A stretch of 64,000 nt of DNA from an uncultured Flavobacteriaceae bacterium (GTDB lineage: Bacteria > Bacteroidota > Bacteroidia > Flavobacteriales > Flavobacteriaceae): contig CAJQLD010000021.1 of NCBI GenBank assembly GCA_905479095.1, positions 36,837 to 100,836 on the forward strand, in the 5' to 3' direction. The position numbers were made by a program, and so were the translations under genes. Positions 29,512 through 38,563 of this stretch are shown here, in pieces (within the stretch, counting starts at the first letter, position 1; the number at the start of each line of letters is the position of its first letter). Below the pieces are notes generated by a model. That model saw nothing but the letters and a program-made list of their open reading frames with translations, was not told the DNA's origin and ran no database searches.

Positions 29512-30722
29512 AGGATTTTAGAATTAAACGTTTTCTTTAATCCAGCCGTTTTAAGAACTATAGAATAAGTATCGTTTTTAAATACATCTGGTTTTAAATA
29601 GAAATCTACAAATCCATTAAAGGACGTTTTGGTCATCGTTTCAAGTACTCTATTGTTTTTATAAACGAACAGTTTAACTTCCAATCCATCAGGAATCATT
29701 TGATTCATAAAACTTTGTAGAGGTCCAACCGATATTCCTCTATTCGTTTCTGAAAATTCAACTTTAAAATCTTTCACAACCTGACTGTAGTTTAATGTGA
29801 TTGTATTACTTTCTGCAATACCCTCCACATAAGCCTTAACAGTCCATTGCGTACCATAATCAGGATGTATCATTTTAGAAGTTGCAACTCCGTTAATGGT
29901 CGTGCCGGAAGTATTTAAAATACTTCCTTTATCATTGGTTATAAAAAAAGAAACAAATGTACCATCACTAATAATATTGTTCTGTACATCTGTTAGAACA
30001 GACGTAGAAAATGTAGTAACCTGATTGCCATCGGCATACGCATGTGAGCGACTCGCTAAAATTTTAAAATCAATTGGAATCGCTGGAAAAACAGTGATAG
30101 AAAATTCTTTAGAATTTGTATGTAATGCTTCAGAAGAGACTAAGATGCGACCGCTTTTATTTTGAGAATATATATTTTTATAAGCAATAAAATTTTTAGT
30201 ATAAATATCATCTTGTTTTTCTAAATTCAAAAATTGATACTTTGTTTTTACGAGTGTGTTTTCGGCTAATGGATTGTCTAATGAATCGGTTGGAATCACA
30301 ACCAACATGGAATAATCCATTCCACCAGCTTCAATACTGGGAGGTCCAATATAAGTTTCCATCGAAGAAACAACTTGCTTTGGATGGATATTGAATTCCC
30401 CAGATATTGATGACTCTTCATGAATTAATTCCCATTTTATGACACCAATTTTACTGGAAATATTGGAAGGGAATGTATAGCTTAGTATTTTGTTCTCGTA
30501 AATTGGAGTTAACAAGGTAGAACCATAACTATTTGAGCAATATAAAAGTGGTTTTATTTCTTTTGTAGTTGCTACTTTTAAAACGATAGTTGTTCCTGCT
30601 TCAAATGCTGTTTGAGTCGTTTCTAAAGTGAAGCTTAAAGCGACTTCACTATTTTTAACGACTACAAATGAGGAGGATAAAATCAAGATCAATAGGAATA
30701 TGTATGTGAATTTATGCTGCAT
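29505..30722 (-). CDS. Secreted hypothetical protein, beta-rich (possible Ig-like domains)
   Basis: N-terminal signal/TM; HAYADGNQVTTFSTSVLTDVQNNIISDGTFV resembles invasin/Big_1 Ig segments; translationally coupled to neighbours. Confidence 0.6.
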   Translation of the reverse strand: MQHKFTYIFLLILILSSSFVVVKNSEVALSFTLETTQTAFEAGTTIVLKVATTKEIKPLLYCSNSYGSTLLTPIYENKILSYTFPSNISSKIGVIKWELIHEESSISGEFNIHPKQVVSSMETYIGPPSIEAGGMDYSMLVVIPTDSLDNPLAENTLVKTKYQFLNLEKQDDIYTKNFIAYKNIYSQNKSGRILVSSEALHTNSKEFSITVFPAIPIDFKILASRSHAYADGNQVTTFSTSVLTDVQNNIISDGTFVSFFITNDKGSILNTSGTTINGVATSKMIHPDYGTQWTVKAYVEGIAESNTITLNYSQVVKDFKVEFSETNRGISVGPLQSFMNQMIPDGLEVKLFVYKNNRVLETMTKTSFNGFVDFYLKPDVFKNDTYSIVLKTAGLKKTFNSKILW

Positions 30723-33700
30723 TAATTTAGGTTTCCAATGTAAGAGTTCATTTCAATTTTTATATAACTAAAGTCTGGATGCTTGATTTTTTGTAATTCA
30801 GAACTTGAATGATTTTCGATTCTATTCGGTATTATTTTATTTGAAATATGGGCATTAGGCAACCCATTTACAAAAACATTCTCCATAGACTCACTAATGA
30901 TTTTTATTTTACCATTCTTCAAAATTTGATATTCAAAACCTTTTTTTCGCTGTTGTCTGATCCCCTCTTTTAGAAATAAATGATCGACCCAAAGCATTGT
31001 TTTGTTTTGGTCGTAATAAGAGATTAAAAGTTGAGGCACTGTAATCTCCTGAATGCCGCTATTAAATAAATTTCCGCTAATAATGTCTCCATTTATATCT
31101 AATTGACTTAAGACACTCTTTTTATATAAATCAGATCCAGAAACATTTCCCGCTACTTGTAAATTGAATTTTGTAGGATGTTCTTTAAAATCAACAGGCG
31201 TAAATTCATCTGGATTAAAGGTGTCGGGTATAGAATCTTGCGTTTTTGACCATGCAATACCTTCAAAATTAATTCTAAAAGCACTTGACTCTTTAGGAAA
31301 TAATTTATGTTTAACATGGTATTTAGCGTTATACGTTGCAAGCTCTTTATTGTGATCATCATACAATGTGCCTTTAAGCACAATATCAGCAGGTACATTA
31401 TCTATATTTTGAATTTCTCCAATGATGGCAAAATGAGTCCCGTATTTTACAAGTCTTGCTGATAACACTTCTAAAACAGGTTGTTTTAAAATATCTTCAT
31501 GATGCGTTTGTTCTGTTGTTATACGTCTTCTTCCTTGATTAAAATAACTAGTCGTATTATTTGAAAAAAGTTGATCGGGTGGTAAATCAGTGTCTAAGCC
31601 TTCTGATTTTATATACCATTTCTTATGATATTTAGATACTGACTTATAATCAATTTTTCGTATTTTTTCGAGAGGTGTAATCCAATCAGCAATTACTTTG
31701 ACGGTTGCCAAACTATCATTTCTACTCGTAATAATTGTTTCAATGGCATCCAGTTTTGCATAACTATTTAGCAAACCTCCTGAGAGGGAGGTCTCAAGCA
31801 TATATTGTGAAATTGAAATATTACTTGTGGGATCTATCAAACTATATGCTATTTCAAACTCTTTGAAATCTAACGCGTCATAATAGGCAATTATAGCGTT
31901 TTCTGGACTTCGTTGTGAGTCATTTTTTAAATAGAATTGATAAAGATTATAAAAGACAATTACAACTAAAAAAATTGACCAAAAGTGTGTGATTTTCAGG
32001 ATTGATTTTGAGAACTTCGAATAACGATTAGAAAATTTTAAAAATTCAGGTGTTTTTTTATGTCTTGTTTTTAAAGTATTTACCAATAACATTTGTATGT
32101 TTAAAATAAACGCTATTAATACCGTTAAAAATGGCACTATTCCCCATACAATTTTTTGCCATTTTGCGACATCATCCTTGGGTAAAATAGATGAAATTGG
32201 TGATACATTCAATCGCTCCCAAACCATAATTCCATTTTCTAATTTCTGCAATCGTTGCCAACCACAGAAATAGAGTATCGGATCATAAAACTTATCATTA
32301 GAGAAAATATATTTAAGATTATATTTATCTGGAGTTGTCAAAAACTGCTGTAATGAACCAATTCCTGCGACCCCTTTAAATTTTGAGTTTTCTAAACGCT
32401 CTATAGGTCTAGTGGTTAGTTCTGGTAATCTTCGCGCCGAATGATAATTTCCGTCGACTGTCATTGCATTAGTTTGCGCACTTAACCATGCCATTTGATC
32501 ACCAAAACCTAAAGTTAAAAACCGCCATTTATCGTGATCATCTTGATTTAAGAAGTTCACAATAGGGAGCATCTCAATTTTTTGCGGCTGGAATGGCCTA
32601 AAGTAACCAAGACTCATGGTGAAAACAGTCATAAAGATAAATAGTCCAGCAAGGATTCCTCCAATAATACGATGGTAAATTGCTCCAAAACGCACTCGAA
32701 TCAAGGCTTTTAAATCCCCTTCTACAAAACGATACGCAAATTCACCTAGTAGGGGTAACGACATAATAGAAGCCCAAAGCGTAAATCTATCTAATGTAAG
32801 AATGTTAAATGCTGTTTCACCTAAAACCATTCTTGGAATTGGGGTCGTTCCGCCAGTTCCTAAAATCGTTAGTAGTGTTATCGATAAACCGAAAAAGAGA
32901 TAACGTTTACTATAATATCTATAAAAAATATATGGCAATAGGATGAGTAGAATTCCCCAAGGGATTAAAAAGAACATTAGACCAGAAGACGTAATTTCTA
33001 AAAAATTATCTCTTGATCCGTGCGGAATGGGTACTTGAGTTATTGGATTATTTTTTGAATTAATCCAATATGGAAAAATACAGCCAATAATAATAACTAG
33101 TGAAGCCATTCCAAAACTAATAATCCTGTTAAAGAGTTTAAAGAAACTATTTAGAAAAATTTTAAACGAAACTTCTTTTAGTGTGTCTACTTGATCTCGA
33201 GACACATCTAAAATAACCATTCCTATTAATGGAAAGACAAAAAATACCATTCCGAATATAGGGGTCACATGATGAGAAGTAACAGTCACAGCAATTAATG
33301 ACAAGGAAGTTGCTAAATATCTTGATCTACCTGTTTTAAGCCATAAATAAATTTCTGGTAACGCATGCATTAAAATAGAAATCCCAACAATACTTGGCAA
33401 TTGACCAAATACGTGAAGCGTTTCAACAAATGATGACGAAAATACTGCTAAAATAGAGGCATAACCCGCAACCGTTTTATTTGATGTAATTAATAACGAA
33501 AACCGATACACTCCAGTTATAAAAAGGACTATTGAAATTAGAGCGACCGAGAACAATCCAAACTTTAACCCCCCCATCATCGACAGTAGTCCAATAGATT
33601 GATGAACTAAAGGAGGATAGCTCATAACCGTAAAGCCTGTATACCACTCATAATTCCAAGGTTCAAACCAACTATTGGCATAATGGTCCGAAAAAAATAA

Positions 33701-33811
33701 ATGGATCAAAGCATCATAGGTACTTTCTAAAGTGAAAAACATGGAAGTACCATGAAACACAACCCCAATTAGTAGTGCAACAATCAAATATTTATTGGTG
33801 GTTTCTTTCAT
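30722..33811 (-). CDS. Large polytopic membrane protein, GT-C-like N-terminus with extracytoplasmic C-terminal domains
   Basis: A dozen or more TM segments in the first ~630 aa; YDALIH...WNYEWYTGFTVMSYPPLVHQ first loop resembles PTPS-related/YfhO-like GT-C proteins. Confidence 0.6.
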   Translation of the reverse strand: MKETTNKYLIVALLIGVVFHGTSMFFTLESTYDALIHLFFSDHYANSWFEPWNYEWYTGFTVMSYPPLVHQSIGLLSMMGGLKFGLFSVALISIVLFITGVYRFSLLITSNKTVAGYASILAVFSSSFVETLHVFGQLPSIVGISILMHALPEIYLWLKTGRSRYLATSLSLIAVTVTSHHVTPIFGMVFFVFPLIGMVILDVSRDQVDTLKEVSFKIFLNSFFKLFNRIISFGMASLVIIIGCIFPYWINSKNNPITQVPIPHGSRDNFLEITSSGLMFFLIPWGILLILLPYIFYRYYSKRYLFFGLSITLLTILGTGGTTPIPRMVLGETAFNILTLDRFTLWASIMSLPLLGEFAYRFVEGDLKALIRVRFGAIYHRIIGGILAGLFIFMTVFTMSLGYFRPFQPQKIEMLPIVNFLNQDDHDKWRFLTLGFGDQMAWLSAQTNAMTVDGNYHSARRLPELTTRPIERLENSKFKGVAGIGSLQQFLTTPDKYNLKYIFSNDKFYDPILYFCGWQRLQKLENGIMVWERLNVSPISSILPKDDVAKWQKIVWGIVPFLTVLIAFILNIQMLLVNTLKTRHKKTPEFLKFSNRYSKFSKSILKITHFWSIFLVVIVFYNLYQFYLKNDSQRSPENAIIAYYDALDFKEFEIAYSLIDPTSNISISQYMLETSLSGGLLNSYAKLDAIETIITSRNDSLATVKVIADWITPLEKIRKIDYKSVSKYHKKWYIKSEGLDTDLPPDQLFSNNTTSYFNQGRRRITTEQTHHEDILKQPVLEVLSARLVKYGTHFAIIGEIQNIDNVPADIVLKGTLYDDHNKELATYNAKYHVKHKLFPKESSAFRINFEGIAWSKTQDSIPDTFNPDEFTPVDFKEHPTKFNLQVAGNVSGSDLYKKSVLSQLDINGDIISGNLFNSGIQEITVPQLLISYYDQNKTMLWVDHLFLKEGIRQQRKKGFEYQILKNGKIKIISESMENVFVNGLPNAHISNKIIPNRIENHSSSELQKIKHPDFSYIKIEMNSYIGNLN

Positions 33812-33873
33812 CGATAATCTTCACAGTATCAGCAATGTAAATATAAATTATTCTAATAGCATTTCAATTGCTT

Positions 33874-33903
33874 GTCATCTAAAGCAATTGACCATTCGTC
33901 TAC
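33874..33903 (+). promoter_or_regulatory. Candidate LytTR-type tandem box B
   Basis: GTCATCTAA-N12-TTCGTCTAC, 21-bp period, in the divergent GT-C/REC-GT2 promoter. Confidence 0.6.
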
Positions 33904-33986
33904 ACATAATAATTAATTAATCTAAAGAACAATTTTAGACCCCTCTTGTATAGTATTTTAGAAGTCTCTAAATAAAATATCATACT

Positions 33987-35201
33987 TTGAAAATATTAGC
34001 GATAGATGATCAAAAACTAGTGTTGCTTCCAATAGAAAAGCGGTTAAATGAACTTGAATATAAAGTCAAAACTGAAACAAACTCTATTAAAGCAATAGGC
34101 ATTTATCATTCGTTTAAACCCGATTTGGTAATCGTTGATATTAACATGCCTAAAATTTCAGGATTAGAAATTGTGAAATATATTAGAAATTCCGAAAATC
34201 CGAAAACACCTATATTAATTTTATCTGGCGATACAAATGATAACGTCATAATTGAAGGGTTTGATTTAGGAATTAATGATTACATGAAAAAACCAATAAG
34301 CTTAAATGAAATATGTGTTCGAATAAAAAAATTAATTGGAATTCCAAAACAAGTAAATACCGTGAAAACGATCAGTCAAGTAATCATCCAACAACGCTGC
34401 GTAGGAGTCGTAATTCCCTGTTATAACGAAGAGCAACGTTTGTTAAGTAAAAAGTTTACTAATTATATTGATAAAAACTCTGGCTATCATCTATGTTTTG
34501 TAAATGATGGTAGTAAAGACAAAACTTTAGAAGTCCTTAAGAAATTACAAAAAGGCAGAGAAGAGTTTATAACGATTTATGATTGCAAAAAAAATGGTGG
34601 AAAAGCCGAAGCTGTTCGTTTGGGAATGCTCTACATGGCTAAAAAAGAAGATATCGATTATATAGGTTTCCTAGATGCCGATTTATCGACCAATCTAACC
34701 GATTTTGATGATCTAGTAAAAACAATAGAACATTCTGATTTCAAAATAGTGAGCGGGTCTAGAATTACACGAATGGGAGCAAATATCACAAAAGAGTCCG
34801 CTAGAACCGTTATAAGTTTTACAATTAATTTTATAATTAGAAAAATTTTATCCATGGATTTTAAAGACACACAATGTGGTGCGAAAATATTTCATAAGGA
34901 TATTATCTCAATCGTTTTTAGAGATAAATTTATAACAAAGTGGATTTTTGATGTTGAAATATTTAAAAGAATGTCACAATATTATGGTCTAAAAAAAGCC
35001 AAAACAATGCTTTGTGAACAACCGTTAAAAAAATGGATACATGCTGATGGCTCAAAATTATCTTTAAAAGACTCGTTTAGAATTATAAGTGACTTAGCAC
35101 TAATTGCTTGGGTTTATAGATCAAAAAAAATAAAAAATAAAGCTTTAGCAGAAGCTTTATATACTGACCAAACAGGATCCTACTCCCCTACGGATTATTA
35201 G
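33987..35201 (+). CDS. Receiver domain-GT2 glycosyltransferase fusion
   Basis: TTG start; REC motifs IDD, VIVD51INMP, ILS, KKP; GT2 motifs VVIPCYNEE, FVNDGSKD, NGGKAEAV, FLDADL, DTQCGAK (polyprenol-phosphate sugar synthase-like). Confidence 0.9.
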   Translation: MKILAIDDQKLVLLPIEKRLNELEYKVKTETNSIKAIGIYHSFKPDLVIVDINMPKISGLEIVKYIRNSENPKTPILILSGDTNDNVIIEGFDLGINDYMKKPISLNEICVRIKKLIGIPKQVNTVKTISQVIIQQRCVGVVIPCYNEEQRLLSKKFTNYIDKNSGYHLCFVNDGSKDKTLEVLKKLQKGREEFITIYDCKKNGGKAEAVRLGMLYMAKKEDIDYIGFLDADLSTNLTDFDDLVKTIEHSDFKIVSGSRITRMGANITKESARTVISFTINFIIRKILSMDFKDTQCGAKIFHKDIISIVFRDKFITKWIFDVEIFKRMSQYYGLKKAKTMLCEQPLKKWIHADGSKLSLKDSFRIISDLALIAWVYRSKKIKNKALAEALYTDQTGSYSPTDY

Positions 35202-35247
35202 TACCATTTGAATACTGGATTAAACTATAAATAAATACAGTTAAGTT

Positions 35248-35266
35248 TCAAGCTTTAACAGCTTGA
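35248..35266. terminator. Hairpin between convergent REC-GT2 and LytTR genes
   Basis: TCAAGCT-ttaac-AGCTTGA 7-bp stem. Confidence 0.55.
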
Positions 35267-35277
35267 GAGAACGTATC

Positions 35278-35991
35278 TTATAATAAATTAAGCAGCTTCA
35301 TTAGCTGAGGTCTGTTGGAGCGACTTACGGGAATTACATCTCTTTTTATCAACACACTATTGTCTTCAATATCAATGATTTTTTTGATATTTATAATATA
35401 AGAGCGATGAATTTTTAAAAACAAATGGTCTGGAAGTTTATCTTCTATTTTTTTTAAAGTAGAATGTACCATATAGTTTTTGTTCTCTGTTTTTACATGA
35501 ATATAATCCCCTTTTGCTTCAATGAGGTATATACTAGGAATATCAATTTTAATAAGCCTTCTGTCAATATTAATATACAAATCGTCTGCAGAAGTCCTTT
35601 CTGTTTTTTTTGATGAATCATAAGAATCAACCGATGAATTCTGTTTGTCTGTTGCTTTTTGTAGTGCCTTTTGAAAACGCTCAGGAGCTATTGGTTTCAC
35701 TAAGTAATCTAAAATACAATCGTATTCAAAAGCTTGTATAGCAAAATTTGAATCTGAAGTCGTCAATATTATTTTTGGAGGATTTTTTAATGTTTCAATA
35801 AAATCAAACCCTGTGAAATCTGGCATGTGAATATCTAAGAAAATTAAATCAACCGTATGTTGATTTAAATATTTAATGGCTTGAATTGCATTTGGAAACT
35901 CTTCAATAACATTAAGATTTTCAACTTTAGAACATAACTGTCCAATAATAGCTCTTGCAGTAACCTCATCATCAATAATAATACAATTCAT
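35278..35991 (-). CDS. LytTR family DNA-binding response regulator
   Basis: REC (IIDDE, IFLDIHMP, DYLVKP) plus LytTR (IYLIEAKGDY, FLKIHRSYIIN, IPVSRS). Confidence 0.95.
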   Translation of the reverse strand: MNCIIIDDEVTARAIIGQLCSKVENLNVIEEFPNAIQAIKYLNQHTVDLIFLDIHMPDFTGFDFIETLKNPPKIILTTSDSNFAIQAFEYDCILDYLVKPIAPERFQKALQKATDKQNSSVDSYDSSKKTERTSADDLYINIDRRLIKIDIPSIYLIEAKGDYIHVKTENKNYMVHSTLKKIEDKLPDHLFLKIHRSYIINIKKIIDIEDNSVLIKRDVIPVSRSNRPQLMKLLNLL

Positions 35992-36000
35992 AAATACTAA

Positions 36001-36318
36001 CTATAGTTGTTGTAAATAATTTGTTATGTTAATTAATATAGATTTGAATTCTTGATTAAGGCTTGTATTTCCTTTTAATAAATCGTTTTCAAAAGCTGAA
36101 GCAATTTCATAACTTTTATCAAGACCCAATATACTAATTTTATGCTTAAGTTTATGCACATTATCTGCAGTCAACTTAAAGTTTTTAGCTTTAAAGTTTT
36201 TTAAATATTCTTCTTTCTCTAAAGGAAACTCCATTTTAATTATATTAATTATCTTTTTCTCAAAGGCCGTATCTCCTCCTGACATATTATATATATAAGA
36301 TAAGTTTGGTGTTTCCAT
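36001..36318 (-). CDS. Stand-alone Hpt histidine phosphotransfer protein
   Basis: 105 aa helical protein with VHKLKHKISILG Hpt motif. Confidence 0.85.
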   Translation of the reverse strand: METPNLSYIYNMSGGDTAFEKKIINIIKMEFPLEKEEYLKNFKAKNFKLTADNVHKLKHKISILGLDKSYEIASAFENDLLKGNTSLNQEFKSILINITNYLQQL

Positions 36319-36320
36319 AT

Positions 36321-37535
36321 TTATTTTTTTAACGTAAAATGGAATGTAGTTCCTTTTCCATAATCAGATTCTATCCATATATTTCCATTATAAAGATCTA
36401 TAATTTTTTTGACAATTGAAAGTCCTATTCCTGTAGAATCTTTATGATCATTTAGTGAATGGAAAATTTTGAAAATTTTATCATGGTATTTTTTTTCTAT
36501 TCCAACGCCGTTATCCTTAATTGAAAATTGATAAAACGATTTTTTTTCAGAAACGTCAATTTCTATTAAACCGTTTTTTTTATTATTAAATTTAATCGCA
36601 TTACCAATTAAGTTTTGAAACAATTGCTGAAATTTTGTTCGTTCACCAAAGACAACTGGCAATTTATTCTTAACATTAATTTTAATATGACTTGGAATAA
36701 AAATAATTTTTTTCAAGTCTTCAATAACTATATTTAAATCAACATTTAGTTTTTTAGATTCGTCCAAACTAACACTAGAATACAATAATACATCCGAAAT
36801 CAACAGCTCCATCTTTTCTAAAGTGGATTCGATATGACCAAAGTTTTGAAGACTGTTTTTATCAAATTTTCCTATATTATCTTCTTTTAGCCAACTTACT
36901 AAGGCGTAAATACTACTTAGCGGTGATTTTAAATCATGGGATACAATGTGTGCATATTCTTGAAGTTCATCATTACTCTTTCCAAGTTTCAAAAGTAACT
37001 TTTCTTTTTGGAGTTCAAGGTTTTTAATTTCAGTAATATCCCTAACAATTCCTTGTGCAGCTATGGCTTTATGGTTTTCATCATAAATGATACTTGCATT
37101 AATATGAACTAATTTTTGATCATTTGATTTTGTATTTATTTTAACTTGAAAATTTGTGATCGATCCATTATTAATTAATTTACTGTAACTTTTTTTGACT
37201 TTTTCAACCTCTGAAACATCGACGAGAGTAAAAAGATTAATATTTTCTTGATTGTTGTCATAGCCAAGCAAACTGGTTGCAGGTTCATTCATTTTTATAA
37301 CATTGCCCCTAAGATCCATAACAACATATGCATCTACTATATTTTCAAATACACCTCTCAGTTCAGATGATTTTTCAGCAATTAATTTCTCTAATTTAAA
37401 ATTAGATTTTTTTAGTTTTTGGGTAAGGTCATAGAATTCGGTAGATTTTCCTTCTAAAATTTTTTCAGCAGCTTTTCTCGCCCCTTTCTCACGTTTTAAA
37501 GCTCTTAATAAGATGCCTTCTAGTTGTTGATTCAT
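36321..37535 (-). CDS. Soluble PAS-domain sensor histidine kinase
   Basis: N-terminal coiled coil (REKGARKAAEKILE), PAS, H-box SHDLKSPL, N-box NLIGNAIKF, KDNGVGI, GIGLSIV, GKGTTF; no TM segment. Confidence 0.93.
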   Translation of the reverse strand: MNQQLEGILLRALKREKGARKAAEKILEGKSTEFYDLTQKLKKSNFKLEKLIAEKSSELRGVFENIVDAYVVMDLRGNVIKMNEPATSLLGYDNNQENINLFTLVDVSEVEKVKKSYSKLINNGSITNFQVKINTKSNDQKLVHINASIIYDENHKAIAAQGIVRDITEIKNLELQKEKLLLKLGKSNDELQEYAHIVSHDLKSPLSSIYALVSWLKEDNIGKFDKNSLQNFGHIESTLEKMELLISDVLLYSSVSLDESKKLNVDLNIVIEDLKKIIFIPSHIKINVKNKLPVVFGERTKFQQLFQNLIGNAIKFNNKKNGLIEIDVSEKKSFYQFSIKDNGVGIEKKYHDKIFKIFHSLNDHKDSTGIGLSIVKKIIDLYNGNIWIESDYGKGTTFHFTLKK

Positions 37536-38074
37536 TTATTCTTTGTGATGCTAAATTTGACTTCAGTTCCATCCTCTTTGATTTTTTCTAAATCAATGAC
37601 TGCTGTAGAATTAAAATACTCAAAGGTTTTATTCATCAGACCTAAGCCAAAATGATGCATAGCCCTACTAGACTTGTAAATCATTATTAATGAATTTTCT
37701 GTTTTTTCAATGACCTCAAATGTTGGTAATTCCGCATCTGGGTAAATTTTTCTAACCTCAACATGAATATGGTTTTCAATAGATGAAATCATTTCTATAG
37801 GGTCTTTATAAATTGCTAAAAGTCCAGGATAACTACTTTCAATTACACTAAAAAAATGCTCCGCATACACAAGTAAAAGGGCGTCTATAGAAATTTTTGT
37901 ATGCGCACTTAGATGCTGAAGTAATTGTAACATTTCAGAAAATTCATAGGTGCCAACAGAAGTATAGATGCCTTCAGACTCTAGTTTTGAAGCACTGATA
38001 ATTTTATCAACAACTTCCAATCCAAATTTAGTTTCTACAAGCTCTAAAAATTCAGTAAGTACGATTCCTTTCAT
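37532..38074 (-). CDS. H-NOX (heme NO/O2-binding) sensor
   Basis: MKGIV N-terminus, YTSVGTY, proximal His104 in HIHVEVRKIYP, Y133-x-S-x-R137 heme motif. Confidence 0.93.
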   Translation of the reverse strand: MKGIVLTEFLELVETKFGLEVVDKIISASKLESEGIYTSVGTYEFSEMLQLLQHLSAHTKISIDALLLVYAEHFFSVIESSYPGLLAIYKDPIEMISSIENHIHVEVRKIYPDAELPTFEVIEKTENSLIMIYKSSRAMHHFGLGLMNKTFEYFNSTAVIDLEKIKEDGTEVKFSITKNK

Positions 38075-38483
38075 TTGTGTTTTTTAATTCATTTATACTC
38101 CAATACGCTAATAGTTTTTCAATTTTAGATACATAATCTTCATATTTTAGAGGTTTGAGTACGTAGCCTGCAATCCCAATTTCATAACAAGCAATCAAAT
38201 CTTTTTGATTATTGGAGGTCGTTAGTATTATTGTTGGGATATATTTTAATGTATCATCATTTTTTAAAATAGATAAAAACTCGATCCCATTTATTTTGGG
38301 CATGTTTAAGTCTAATAAAATAATATTCGGGAGATTGGTTTTTTGTGCTAATAGTTTTAAATCATCTTCGACATTATTAGCGCCAATGATTTCATGATTT
38401 AGTTTTAATTTTGAGATGGTTCTATTAAACTTCATAACTTCAATAGCATCATCTTCAATAAGTAGGATTTTAAGGGTTTTCAT
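38052..38483 (-). CDS. Single-domain response regulator (Rcp1-like)
   Basis: LLIEDD, ILLDLNMPKING, ILTTS, YVLKP. Confidence 0.93.
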   Translation of the reverse strand: MKTLKILLIEDDAIEVMKFNRTISKLKLNHEIIGANNVEDDLKLLAQKTNLPNIILLDLNMPKINGIEFLSILKNDDTLKYIPTIILTTSNNQKDLIACYEIGIAGYVLKPLKYEDYVSKIEKLLAYWSINELKNTNERNRTY

Positions 38484-38563
38484 TTCAATAAAAAATTAAA
38501 TAATTTCTAAAATAAATATATCCTACGGGTGGTCCTATATATTTTGTTTGATGGTTGGGAAGT

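Noticed and set aside
33807-33815. Extra TTCATCGAT half-box over the GT-C start codon
   Set aside because: No convincing partner at 21 bp, and it is partly forced by the start codon
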